Shown: positions 9,556-18,177 of the stretch, one piece after another
Position numbering within the stretch: position 1 is the stretch's first letter
Layout of the letters: every line of letters starts with the position of its first letter
Source of the DNA: a bacterium
GTDB taxonomy: Bacteria; Zhuqueibacterota; Zhuqueibacteria; Oceanimicrobiales; Oceanimicrobiaceae
Length of the DNA stretch: 21,490 nucleotides
Direction: 5' to 3'
Assembly (NCBI GenBank): GCA_046757525.1
Contig: JBHHYI010000069.1
Span: forward strand, 1-21,490
Notes under the pieces: model-generated
What the model saw: only the letters and a program-made list of their open reading frames with translations
Databases searched by the model: none
What the model was told of the DNA's origin: nothing
Position numbers and translations under genes: made by a program

Positions 9556-10734
9556 ATGACAAAGCGTAACGAGAGAATTCGCGTTCTGCACATCATTACG
9601 AACCTGCCGGTGGGCGGCGCTCAGGACAATACTCTGATAACGGTAGAAAGGCTAAATCGCGAGAAATACGATGTGAGCCTCATCTGTTCCTCCGAGGGCC
9701 ACTGGGTCAGGCGGGCGCTGCAGATGCAAGATCTAAACTTGATCTTCGTCGACGAGCTTACCCGCAAGATCCAGACCCTGTACGATATGATCGCTTTGTG
9801 GCGAATTTACAAAATCATCAAAAAGGGACAATTTACCATCGTTCACACACACAGCTCCAAGCCGGGTTTTATCGGGCGCATTGCGGCAAAACTGGCGGGC
9901 GTTCCCATCATCATTCACACCATTCACGGCTTCCCGTTTCACGACTTCATGTCCCCGGCGGTCAAACGATTCTACATCTACATCGAGAGGTTTCTGTCAA
10001 AACTGTCGGACAAGCTCATCACGGTTTCAACCTTGAATCTGGAAAAGGCGGTTCGTCTAAAGCTTGCCGAAAGGGAGAATTTCGTCAATGTTTACAGCGG
10101 CATCGATTTCGACAAATTTGATGTGTCGGTGGATGTGGAAGCCAAGAAACGTGAATTGGGCATCCTGAACGGTGAGAAGATCGTCGGCATGGTGGGACGC
10201 TTCTCGCAACAAAAAGCCCCGTTGGATTTTATCCGGGCGATCCCCGAGGTACTAAAACAGAGAAATAACGTCCGATTTGTTCTGGTGGGAGACGGCGAGC
10301 TCAAGCAAGATATGTACGAACTGGCGGAAAAGTTGGACATCGATTCCAAGATTATGTTTATGGGATTTCGTGAAGACGTCCCGGAGCTGTTGCGGGTCCT
10401 GGACGTGTTCGTGTTGACGTCGTTGTGGGAAGGCCTGGGGCGTTCATTGACCGAGGCCATGTACACCGGCCGGCCCATCGTGGCAACCGATGTGGAAGGC
10501 GTGCCGGAGCTGGTGAAAAATGGCAAGACCGGAATCCTGGTGCAGCCCCAGGATGTCCATTCCATTGCACAGGGAATCCTGGAGCTCTTATCCGACAGGG
10601 AATTGTCGCGACAGTTGGGACAGGCGGCAAAACAAAAGATTTCAGATGAATTTGACGCCGAACACATGGTAACCGATTTAGAGGAAGTGTACCGTCAAGT
10701 ACTTGATAGTAAGAAAAACAAGACCAGGGTTTAA
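9556..10734 (+). CDS. Glycosyltransferase family 4 (GT-B)
   Basis: Motifs VGGAQ, VHTHSSKPG, HTIHG, VGRFSQQK, GFREDV, SLWEGLGRSLTEAM..G.PIVATDVEG. Confidence 0.92.
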   Translation: MTKRNERIRVLHIITNLPVGGAQDNTLITVERLNREKYDVSLICSSEGHWVRRALQMQDLNLIFVDELTRKIQTLYDMIALWRIYKIIKKGQFTIVHTHSSKPGFIGRIAAKLAGVPIIIHTIHGFPFHDFMSPAVKRFYIYIERFLSKLSDKLITVSTLNLEKAVRLKLAERENFVNVYSGIDFDKFDVSVDVEAKKRELGILNGEKIVGMVGRFSQQKAPLDFIRAIPEVLKQRNNVRFVLVGDGELKQDMYELAEKLDIDSKIMFMGFREDVPELLRVLDVFVLTSLWEGLGRSLTEAMYTGRPIVATDVEGVPELVKNGKTGILVQPQDVHSIAQGILELLSDRELSRQLGQAAKQKISDEFDAEHMVTDLEEVYRQVLDSKKNKTRV

Positions 10735-12135
10735 ATGTCAGCCCGTTTGGAGAAGATTTTACTTTTCGCGATCGATTTTGTAGCGATCAACCTCACTTTT
10801 TTTGTCTGGTCGTGGTTGAGAAGGGAGGAAGGATTCTTTTCGGTCACGGATCCCGGGCAGTACGCGATTAACTCGCTTTTCGTGTTTTTTTACTGGTTTT
10901 TGGTTTTCTTGTTTTGTGGACTCTACAAATCTCTCTATGCAAGGTCGCGGGTGGACGAGTTTCTCAAGATTTTCAAAGCCATAACTTTTGGTATTATCTT
11001 GATCTACGTGATTACGATGGACATTCAGAACGATCTCAAAAGCCCTCTCCGGCCCAGCAGGGCCATGATTCTGTCCTATTGGCTCTTGATGCTGTTCGTG
11101 GTCAGCCATGCCCGCATCCTGTTTCGCACCGTGGAACGTCGTTTGTTAGAAGCCGGGGTAGGGTGGATCAAAACCTTGATCGTGGGCTGGAGCAATGAAG
11201 CCCATCAGCTTTATGATCAGCTCAAGAAGTACCCGGCGCTGGGATACGATGTCGTAGGTTTCATTTCAAATGGCCAGGCCGCACCTCAAAAACGATACAA
11301 GGATCGCCGGCTGTTAGGTTCTATGGAAAACATCGGCCAAGTAATCAAACAAGAAAAAATCAAAGAGGTCCTCATCGCCCTGGAAAAGGATTCAAAAGAG
11401 GGGGTGGCCAAGGTTTTGAATCACTGCAATGGTCTACGGGTGCGTTTTAAGATCTTGCCGGATTTGCACGATGTGCTCATCGGCAAAGTTCGCACCAATC
11501 AGATCTATGGCTTGCCGCTCATTGAGATTTTGCCGGGCCCGCTGTCGGGTTGGCAGAGGTATGTGAAGCGGCTGGTCGATATTCTGGTCTCTCTGTGTGT
11601 CCTGTCCTGTGTGCTGCCACTGTGGGTTATCGTTGCCATTGCGATCCGGCTGGATAGCCGCGGGCCCGTTCTTTTCAAACAGGAAAGAATCGGCAAAGAT
11701 GGCAAGGTATTTACGATCTACAAATTTCGGTCGATGTTTGATGATGCGGAATCACAAACTGGACCCAAGTGGGCCGAAAAGGACGATCCGCGCATCACCC
11801 GTGTTGGCAAGGTCATTCGCAAACTGCGCATCGACGAAATTCCTCAGTTTTTCAATGTGCTCAAGGGCGACATGAGCCTGGTGGGTCCGCGACCGGAGCG
11901 GCCCTATTTTGTGCAAAAGCTTAAGAAGATGGTTCCCCTGTACACCCAGCGCCAACGTGTGCGGCCAGGCATCACCGGCTGGGCCCAGATCAAAGGGAAA
12001 TACGATCGATCGCTCGAAGATGTCAAACGCAAGCTGCAATATGACTTGTTCTATTTGGAGAATCTGTCGTTGAGGCTCGATTTCAAGATCATTGTCAACA
12101 CCATCTACGTCATCTTATGTGGCAAGGGACACTAA
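10735..12135 (+). CDS. Polyprenyl-phosphate glycosylphosphotransferase (priming sugar transferase, WcaJ/WbaP-like)
   Basis: Four N-terminal TMs, a central Rossmann-like region, and a C-terminal catalytic domain KFRSM...DDPRITRVG..IRK.RIDE.PQ.FNVLKGDMSLVGPRPERP...PGITGWAQ. Confidence 0.93.
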   Translation: MSARLEKILLFAIDFVAINLTFFVWSWLRREEGFFSVTDPGQYAINSLFVFFYWFLVFLFCGLYKSLYARSRVDEFLKIFKAITFGIILIYVITMDIQNDLKSPLRPSRAMILSYWLLMLFVVSHARILFRTVERRLLEAGVGWIKTLIVGWSNEAHQLYDQLKKYPALGYDVVGFISNGQAAPQKRYKDRRLLGSMENIGQVIKQEKIKEVLIALEKDSKEGVAKVLNHCNGLRVRFKILPDLHDVLIGKVRTNQIYGLPLIEILPGPLSGWQRYVKRLVDILVSLCVLSCVLPLWVIVAIAIRLDSRGPVLFKQERIGKDGKVFTIYKFRSMFDDAESQTGPKWAEKDDPRITRVGKVIRKLRIDEIPQFFNVLKGDMSLVGPRPERPYFVQKLKKMVPLYTQRQRVRPGITGWAQIKGKYDRSLEDVKRKLQYDLFYLENLSLRLDFKIIVNTIYVILCGKGH

Positions 12136-13404
12136 ATGCTCGACCTGAAATTCATTCGCGAAAACTCTAAATTGGTCGCTGAAGCTCTCGAGAACAGACG
12201 GGAAAAAGTTGATTTGGAGCGCCTGCTCGAGTTGGAGAGCGAAAGGCGGGAGTGTTTGCAAAAAGTTGAAGCGTTGAAACACGACAGAAATGTCGCTTCA
12301 CAAAGAATCGCCCGGCTCAAGCGCTCAGGCCAGGAGGCCCAACAAGACATTGCGCAAATGCAAAGCGTGGCAGAAGAGATCAAGAAATTGGACGAAGCGT
12401 TCAAGGTCATTGAGAAAGAGATTCGAACCCTTTTGAGCTGGATTCCCAACATTCCCCACGCGTCCGTACCTGTGGGCGCGGGCGAAAAGGACAATGTGGA
12501 AATCAGACGCTGGGGGGAAACGCCAGAGACCGATTTCCAGCCCAAACCGCACTGGGAAGTGGCCGAGGAGCTGGGCATCGTGGATTTTGGCCGCGGTTCC
12601 AAAGTGGCGGGCGCTTTTTTCGTGAATTACAGCGGCCTCGGCGCCAGCCTGGAACGCGCGCTGATCAACTTCATGCTGGATTTGCACACGAACAAACACG
12701 GCTACCAGGAGGTTTCGCCCCCCTTTGTGGTCAACCGCTCGACCATTTTCGCCACGGGTCAGCTTCCCAAATTGGAGGAAGACATGTACCGGGTGGAGCT
12801 GGACGACCTTTTCCTGATTCCGACGGCAGAAGTGCCGGTGACCAGCTTGCACCGAGATGAAATCCTGAAAGACAAAGATCTGCCGATCTATTACACCGCC
12901 TACACCCCGTGTTTTCGCAGAGAGGCCGGTTCTTACGGGCGCGATACCCGCGGCCTGGTGCGCATCCACCAATTCGACAAAGTGGAAATGGTCAAAATCG
13001 TAAAACCGGAAACCTCCTACGAAGAATTGGAACGGCTGGTCGAAAATGCAGAAGAGGTGTTGCAAGCCCTGAAGTTGCCGTACCGGGTGTTGCAGCTTTG
13101 CACCGCCGAATTGGGCTTCAGCGCGGCCAAATGCTACGACCTCGAGGTGTGGGCCCCCGGGGTGCAAAAGTGGCTCGAGGTCTCTTCTTGCAGCAACTGC
13201 GTCGATTTTCAAGCTCGCCGAGGCAACATTCGCTTCCGGCGGGACGCCACCGGCAAGACCGAATTCGTACACACCCTAAACGGTTCTGGTTTGGCGCTGC
13301 CCAGAACGGTCATCGCCATTTTAGAAAACTACCAGACCGACGAAGGAACGGTCATGGTGCCGGAAGTGTTGAGGAAATACGTACAGGTTGATGTCATTAA
13401 GTAG
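12136..13404 (+). CDS. serS: Serine--tRNA ligase
   Basis: [10 protein letters not shown] start, N-terminal coiled coil, [14 protein letters not shown], motif 2 FRREAG...[34 protein letters not shown], motif 3 [19 protein letters not shown]. Confidence 0.98.
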   Translation: MLDLKFIRENSKLVAEALENRREKVDLERLLELESERRECLQKVEALKHDRNVASQRIARLKRSGQEAQQDIAQMQSVAEEIKKLDEAFKVIEKEIRTLLSWIPNIPHASVPVGAGEKDNVEIRRWGETPETDFQPKPHWEVAEELGIVDFGRGSKVAGAFFVNYSGLGASLERALINFMLDLHTNKHGYQEVSPPFVVNRSTIFATGQLPKLEEDMYRVELDDLFLIPTAEVPVTSLHRDEILKDKDLPIYYTAYTPCFRREAGSYGRDTRGLVRIHQFDKVEMVKIVKPETSYEELERLVENAEEVLQALKLPYRVLQLCTAELGFSAAKCYDLEVWAPGVQKWLEVSSCSNCVDFQARRGNIRFRRDATGKTEFVHTLNGSGLALPRTVIAILENYQTDEGTVMVPEVLRKYVQVDVIK

Positions 13405-13433
13405 TAGCACCGTTGTGCGTAGTGGATTAGCTC

Positions 13434-13669
13434 ATGAGGAAAAAACACGTTGATCGAGAAGTCCGTTTCGTGGTCTGCATCGTTGATTCTGAACCGGACC
13501 TGGAACGCCGCAAGGTTTACCAGGTTTTGCCGGATGAATCTGCGGCCAGGGACCATGACATTAGAGTGATTGATGAATCGGGCGAGGAGATTACTTATGC
13601 CCGGCGAGCTATTTTGTGGCAATTGAATTGCCGAAAACGGCAGAAGAATCGCTAATGGCAGAAAGCTAA
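13434..13669 (+). pseudogene. Small uncharacterised protein (IDESGEDYL.P family), frameshifted
   Basis: Reads FVVCI...LERRKVYQVLPD...IRVIDESGE. An extra GA at about 13587-13588 shifts the frame; removing it gives DYLCPASYFVAIELPKTAEESLMAES-stop (TAA 13667-13669). The family motif is recalled, not searched. Confidence 0.65.
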
Positions 13670-13809
13670 TTCCCGCCACGACTCCGGTTAGGTTCGTAAC
13701 TTACTGGGATATGGAGTCAATCTTTATTAAAGATGAGCTATAACATTAATAATTACTTAACAGTTCACCTGCCCGAACGATCCCATAAGAAATGTGAGGT
13801 TCGTGTTCT

Positions 13810-13864
13810 GTCATTCCCGCAATCTTTTGAGCGGGAATCCACAACGGCTTTTCAAATAGATTCC
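13810..13864. repeat. REP-like palindromic element (GTCATTCCCGC-N10-GCGGGAATCC) with truncated partner
   Basis: ATTCCCGC (13813-13820) and GCGGGAAT (13831-13838) form a perfect 8-bp inverted repeat. TAGATTCC at 13857-13864 resembles the start of the inverted second unit usual in this repeat type. Confidence 0.6.
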
Positions 13865-13968
13865 TTCGGCGTAATAGACTACCCGTCATGGAGGACTTGT
13901 GCTACACGTTACCTACTCAAATCGACATAGAGCCAAAAAAAGCTGCCGAGTGAAAACAAGGAATTGAG

Positions 13969-13997
13969 TTGATAATTAAGATGGTTCTCGTTATATC
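13969..13997 (+). promoter_or_regulatory. Possible sigma70-type promoter of the DUF433 gene
   Basis: TTGATA-17 nt-TATATC, 37 nt upstream of ATG 14035, overlapped by a short TTAAGA/TCTTAA inverted repeat. The -10 box is imperfect. Confidence 0.3.
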
Positions 13998-14034
13998 TCT
14001 TAAAGTTTTACCAACAATTTTAGGATGAGCGATT

Positions 14035-14337
14035 ATGAGTTTCCCTGCAAGAAAACTTAACTACCCATATATCACCTCAAGCCCCAAAATCGCGCAGGGT
14101 GCCCCTCTGATTGATGGAACAAGAATCACGGTTCGAACTATCGCTGGGTACTACCAGATGGGAATGGACGTAGATGAAATTCTCGCCACGCTTCCGCACC
14201 TCTCTCCCGCGCAAGTTCATTCCGCACTTGCCTATTACTTCGACCACCAAGATGATATTGACGCCGATTTGCGCGACAGTTCGGACGAAGAAAAATGGAA
14301 ACAAAAAGTCGCTAAACATCCGAACGAAGGGGCTTGA
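14035..14337 (+). CDS. DUF433 domain protein (putative type II antitoxin)
   Basis: YITSSPKIAQGAPLIDGTRITV..I......G....EI....PHLS.AQVHSALAYYFDH matches the DUF433 pattern. Confidence 0.9.
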   Translation: MSFPARKLNYPYITSSPKIAQGAPLIDGTRITVRTIAGYYQMGMDVDEILATLPHLSPAQVHSALAYYFDHQDDIDADLRDSSDEEKWKQKVAKHPNEGA

Positions 14338-14341
14338 TTGC

Positions 14342-14389
14342 GTGGACAAAATCAGACTCTTTCTTGATCCTAATGAGGAAGTGAAATGA
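14342..14389 (+). pseudogene. N-terminal stub of a DUF5615/PIN-like toxin
   Basis: A GTG 4 nt after the DUF433 stop reads MDKIRLFLD, the typical first strand and first Asp of PIN-like DUF433 partners, then stops after 15 codons. Confidence 0.6.
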
Positions 14390-14483
14390 ATCCCACGACA
14401 TCTATGTCCAATCGCCGGATCCGCTCATTGGGATCTACTGACGAAACTTATTGCCATATAAAAGTATTGCTTTTTAGTCATAG

Positions 14484-15266
14484 ATGAGTAAAATGTCAGA
14501 AACCCAACTCCGTGAAACCATCGTTGAAATCGGGCGCCGCATGTACCAGCGCGGTTTTGTGGCGGCCAACGACGGTAACATCAGCGCACGCTTGGATGCC
14601 AAGCGCGTTCTTACAACCCCCACTGGCGTTTCCAAAGGCTTCATGGCACCGGAGAGCCTGGTGGTGGTGGATTTGCAAGGCCAGCCCCTGACACCAGGCA
14701 AGCCGTCAACGGAACTGCCCATGCACTTGTTCATTTACTCAGAGCGGCCCGATGTTTCTGCGGTGGTGCACGCCCATCCACCGTATGCTACTGGATTCGC
14801 CACCGCGGGCCTGGCACTGGACAAATGTATCCTGGCGGAAGTGATCGTCACCATAGGCACCGTTCCTTTGGCTGAGTACGGCACGCCGTCCACGGAGGAG
14901 TTGCCCAATACGCTCAAGCCGTACCTTCACTCGTGTGAAGCGTTCCTCATGGCCAACCACGGCGTGGTGACCGTGGGCAAAGATTTAATGGATGCTTTCT
15001 TCAAACTGGAACGGGTGGAACATTACGCGCACATCGTTTTCATTGCCCGCGCCCTGGGTGGAGAGAGAATCCTGCCGAAGGACGCAGTGGAAAAGCTGTA
15101 CACCTTGCGGGACAAATATGGCGCCGTTGCCTTGAACCCGGGATGCTACGCCTGTTACGACGACTGCATTGGCGAAACCTGTGTTAATCACCAAACCAAA
15201 TACAGTGCGGAAGCACCGGATCATTTCGGCGAAATTGTGGAAAAGGTTCTGGCGGCAGTGCGGTGA
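14484..15266 (+). CDS. Class II aldolase/adducin family protein (fuculose-1-phosphate aldolase-like) with C-terminal extension
   Basis: Motifs AANDGNIS, TPTGVSKG, KPSTE..MH, VVHAHPPYAT and LMANHG (Zn-binding His triad plus catalytic Glu). The start could also be ATG 14493. Confidence 0.9.
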   Translation: MSKMSETQLRETIVEIGRRMYQRGFVAANDGNISARLDAKRVLTTPTGVSKGFMAPESLVVVDLQGQPLTPGKPSTELPMHLFIYSERPDVSAVVHAHPPYATGFATAGLALDKCILAEVIVTIGTVPLAEYGTPSTEELPNTLKPYLHSCEAFLMANHGVVTVGKDLMDAFFKLERVEHYAHIVFIARALGGERILPKDAVEKLYTLRDKYGAVALNPGCYACYDDCIGETCVNHQTKYSAEAPDHFGEIVEKVLAAVR

Positions 15267-15342
15267 CCCTGAGTATTTCTGCGGTAAGTTCAAGAGATGA
15301 ATATAGTAGACCGACTTTTACGTTTCGAACACGGAGGTGACG

Positions 15343-16761
15343 GTGGAAACGGCTGGCTGGCTTTCGATTCTCCCCCCGATCATAGCCATTGTTTTAGCTA
15401 TCCGGACAAAACAAGTCTTCATTTCCCTTTTCTTTGGCATCTGGCTGGGCTGGACGGTTTTGGCTGGCGGCAATCCAATCACAGGACTGGCTTCCGCTTT
15501 GGATTCCTGTATCAAGGTGTTCCAGGATGACGGGAACACCAAAGTCATTGCTTTCAGCGCCATGGTCGGTGCGCTCATCGCGTTTACGCAACGATCCGGA
15601 GGCGTCGACGGCTTCATTCAATGGTTGCTGCAAAAGGGATTCGTCAAGGACCGGAGAAGCGCCGGGCTTTTAGCCTGGATTACCGGCGCAGTCATCTTCG
15701 TTGAATCGAGTATTACCTGCCTGGTTACCGGCGCCGTGTCTCGCCCCATTTTCGACAAACTAAAAATCTCCCGCGAAAAACTGGCTTACATTTGCGATTC
15801 AACTTCGGCGCCCGTGTGCATCTTGATCCCTCTAAATGGTTGGGGAGCTTACATCTTGGCGCTGTTGGCCACCCAAAGTGTGGACCGGCCCTTTCTCACC
15901 TTGCTCAAATCCATTCCATTCAATCTCTATGCCATCTTTACAGTCGGGCTGGTGCTCCTGGTCATCCTGACGGGAAAGGATTTTGGCCCGATGAAGAGCG
16001 CTGAGAAGCGGGCTCGCGAGCAGGGCAAGGTCTTGCGCGACGGGGCTGAGCCGCTGGTGGCAACCGAGATCATCGCCATCGAAACCAAGGCGGGCATTCG
16101 TCCGAAAGCGGTCAATATGCTCGTCCCAATTCTGATCATGGTGGTCATGATGCCGGTTAATCTTTTGATTACCGGACATGGCAACATCATGAACGGTTCG
16201 GGATCCACCTCGGTTTTCTGGGCGGTGCTGGCGGCCATAACCATTGCAGGCGGGATGTACATGGCGCAGGGAATCATGAAATTGAACGAAGTCGTGGATT
16301 TGTTTTTCAAAGGATTAGGGGGGTTGATGCCGCTGGCTTTGTTGATGATGCTTGCCTTTGCCATTGGCAACACCTGCAAGGCGTTGGGCACCGGGCCTTA
16401 CGTGGCTAATGTCGCTAAATCGTGGGTGAGCCCGGGTTTTGTTCCAGCGATCTTGTTTCTGGTGTCCGGGTTCATCGCCTTCTCTACGGGCACTTCCTGG
16501 GGCACCTTCGCAATCATGATTCCAATCGGTATTCCCATGATCAAACTCATGGATGCCAATATCTACACAACCCTGGGGGCGATTTTGAGCGGGGGCATTT
16601 TTGGCGACCACTGTTCGCCAATCTCCGACACCACCATCATCTCCTCCATGGCCTCGGCTTCGGATCACATCGACCACGTCAGAACACAACTGCCATACGC
16701 ACTGCTGACGGCTGCTCTGGCCTTACTGATCTATCTGATTATGGGATTCATTGAAATGTAA
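15343..16761 (+). CDS. Na+/H+ antiporter NhaC-family (IT superfamily) transporter, substrate unknown
   Basis: Motifs WLSILPP..AI.LA, SGGVDGF, ISREKLAYICDSTSAP, FSTGTSWGTFAIMIP, GGIFGDHCSPISDTTIISS...DH..HVRTQLPYA. GGAGG at 15333-15337 favours GTG 15343 over 15337. Confidence 0.9.
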   Translation: METAGWLSILPPIIAIVLAIRTKQVFISLFFGIWLGWTVLAGGNPITGLASALDSCIKVFQDDGNTKVIAFSAMVGALIAFTQRSGGVDGFIQWLLQKGFVKDRRSAGLLAWITGAVIFVESSITCLVTGAVSRPIFDKLKISREKLAYICDSTSAPVCILIPLNGWGAYILALLATQSVDRPFLTLLKSIPFNLYAIFTVGLVLLVILTGKDFGPMKSAEKRAREQGKVLRDGAEPLVATEIIAIETKAGIRPKAVNMLVPILIMVVMMPVNLLITGHGNIMNGSGSTSVFWAVLAAITIAGGMYMAQGIMKLNEVVDLFFKGLGGLMPLALLMMLAFAIGNTCKALGTGPYVANVAKSWVSPGFVPAILFLVSGFIAFSTGTSWGTFAIMIPIGIPMIKLMDANIYTTLGAILSGGIFGDHCSPISDTTIISSMASASDHIDHVRTQLPYALLTAALALLIYLIMGFIEM

Positions 16762-16804
16762 ACAGACTGTGCGGTAAGGATGGGGCAGAATCTAAGAACT
16801 GAGA

Positions 16805-17161
16805 CTACCCTTGCAAATCGCCTAAGGCCGTTTCAACGTCGTCATAGGTGTCGAATATCTGGTGCAGATTGGTCATCTTGAGCAAGCTTTCCACGGGTCC
16901 GGGAATATCGGCGAGTACGAGATTGCCGCCCATCTTCTTGATCGAGGACAACGAGGCAATGAGCTCGCCGAGCCCGGTGCTGTCGATCCAGGATACACGC
17001 GAGAGATTCAAGATCACGTTTTTGACTTTGTTCTTCTTGTCCTCGCTCAAACGCTTCAGTTTTTCCTGGATGGCTCCGCGGCCCTGCAAACCAGATAGCT
17101 TTCCTTCCAACGACATCACAACGATGTCTTCTTCAACGATACGGTCGTAAATCTTAATCAT
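16805..17161 (-). CDS. STAS-domain anti-sigma factor antagonist (RsbV/SpoIIAA-like)
   Basis: Motifs LEGKL, VILNLSRVSWIDSTGLGELI (phosphorylatable Ser in DS.GLG), GG.LVL, LL.MT.L..IF..Y; AAAGG Shine-Dalgarno upstream. Confidence 0.9.
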   Translation of the reverse strand: MIKIYDRIVEEDIVVMSLEGKLSGLQGRGAIQEKLKRLSEDKKNKVKNVILNLSRVSWIDSTGLGELIASLSSIKKMGGNLVLADIPGPVESLLKMTNLHQIFDTYDDVETALGDLQG

Positions 17162-17203
17162 GGCCTTTCTTTTGATTAAATGTGGTGAACAGGTTTTTCT
17201 GAA

Positions 17204-18091
17204 TTAGATTTGAATCAAACCGGTTTCCGCCAAAATGCGGCGTACGATTTCTTGCTCGTCCGGTGCTAAACTCAACAGTGGCGGCCTGGGCGCACCACCA
17301 AAGTATCCTAACAAGTCTAAAGCAGTCTTGATCCCGGCGATGCCGTAGGTAGAAAGGACCGTCCGGGCCACGGCCGTCAACTTGACAAAGCATTGGCGTG
17401 CCGGTTCGTATTCTTTGTGCAGAACTCCATTAAATATCTCCACACACTGCCGCGGCGCTAAGTTGGCCAGGGCTAATACGGCGCCTGCTGCTCCCATAAA
17501 AAGCCCGGGCAGCAACATATTGTAATTTCCGATAAGTACTTTAAAATCAACGGATGAAAATCGTATTAGCTCTGTTATCTTACTAATCCGATCCGTGCTG
17601 TCTTTTATTCCAATAATATTCGGGTGCACCGCCAACTCTCTAACCACGCCCGTCGGCAAATCGATGCCGGTGAATTTGGGCACGTTGTAGAGAATTATGG
17701 GAATCTCGGATTCGCTTGCGACGGTTTGGTAATGTTTCAACAAGGCTGCCCCCTGCATTTGCGCCTTGAAATAATGTGGCGTGACGACCAATGCTGCCTC
17801 GGCCCCTAAGCTGGCCGCCTTTTGCGTAAACGCCACCGTAGCAGCGGTTGATTCACATCCGGTCCCCACGATTAATTGCCGGTCACGACTTACGCAGGCT
17901 TGCGCTGTCTTTATGATCGCAAGCTTTTCTTCCTGGGTTAAATAAACGGATTCCCCGGTTGAGCCCAGGACAACATACCCTTGTAAGCCCGAAGCTGCCC
18001 ATTTGTTCAGGTTTTCTGCCAATTTTTTGTCCGCGACGACTCCATCGACAAATAGCGTCACCACCGGGCAATAGATTCCTGAGAGATTCAT
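17204..18091 (-). CDS. Dihydrodipicolinate synthase-family aldolase (4-hydroxy-2-oxoglutarate aldolase-like)
   Basis: Motifs GIY.PVVT.F, GSTGE, VGTG.EST, TPHYFK, YNVPKFTG and HPNIIGIKDS (Schiff-base Lys). ATG 18091 (MNLSGIY) is preferred over 18154. Confidence 0.88.
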   Translation of the reverse strand: MNLSGIYCPVVTLFVDGVVADKKLAENLNKWAASGLQGYVVLGSTGESVYLTQEEKLAIIKTAQACVSRDRQLIVGTGCESTAATVAFTQKAASLGAEAALVVTPHYFKAQMQGAALLKHYQTVASESEIPIILYNVPKFTGIDLPTGVVRELAVHPNIIGIKDSTDRISKITELIRFSSVDFKVLIGNYNMLLPGLFMGAAGAVLALANLAPRQCVEIFNGVLHKEYEPARQCFVKLTAVARTVLSTYGIAGIKTALDLLGYFGGAPRPPLLSLAPDEQEIVRRILAETGLIQI

Positions 18092-18177
18092 GATTACTTG
18101 GTGAAACAAGCTTGGAGCCAGCAATAATCCGGTCTGGAAACGTTCTTCGATCACGAGCGCAAAAAATCAGCGTAGCG

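Noticed and set aside
12325..13272. 315-aa antisense ORF opposite serS (also 12132-12602)
   Set aside because: Fully overlaps a highly conserved gene and has no recognisable motifs; long antisense frames are expected from GC-biased codon usage.
13733..13930. 65-aa ORF downstream of the small pseudogene
   Set aside because: Runs through the REP-like palindrome, has no recognisable motif and no clear ribosome-binding site.
13924..14408. GACATAGA / TCTATGTC inverted pair flanking the DUF433 module
   Set aside because: Only 8 bp, does not extend, and has no target-site duplication; compatible with chance.
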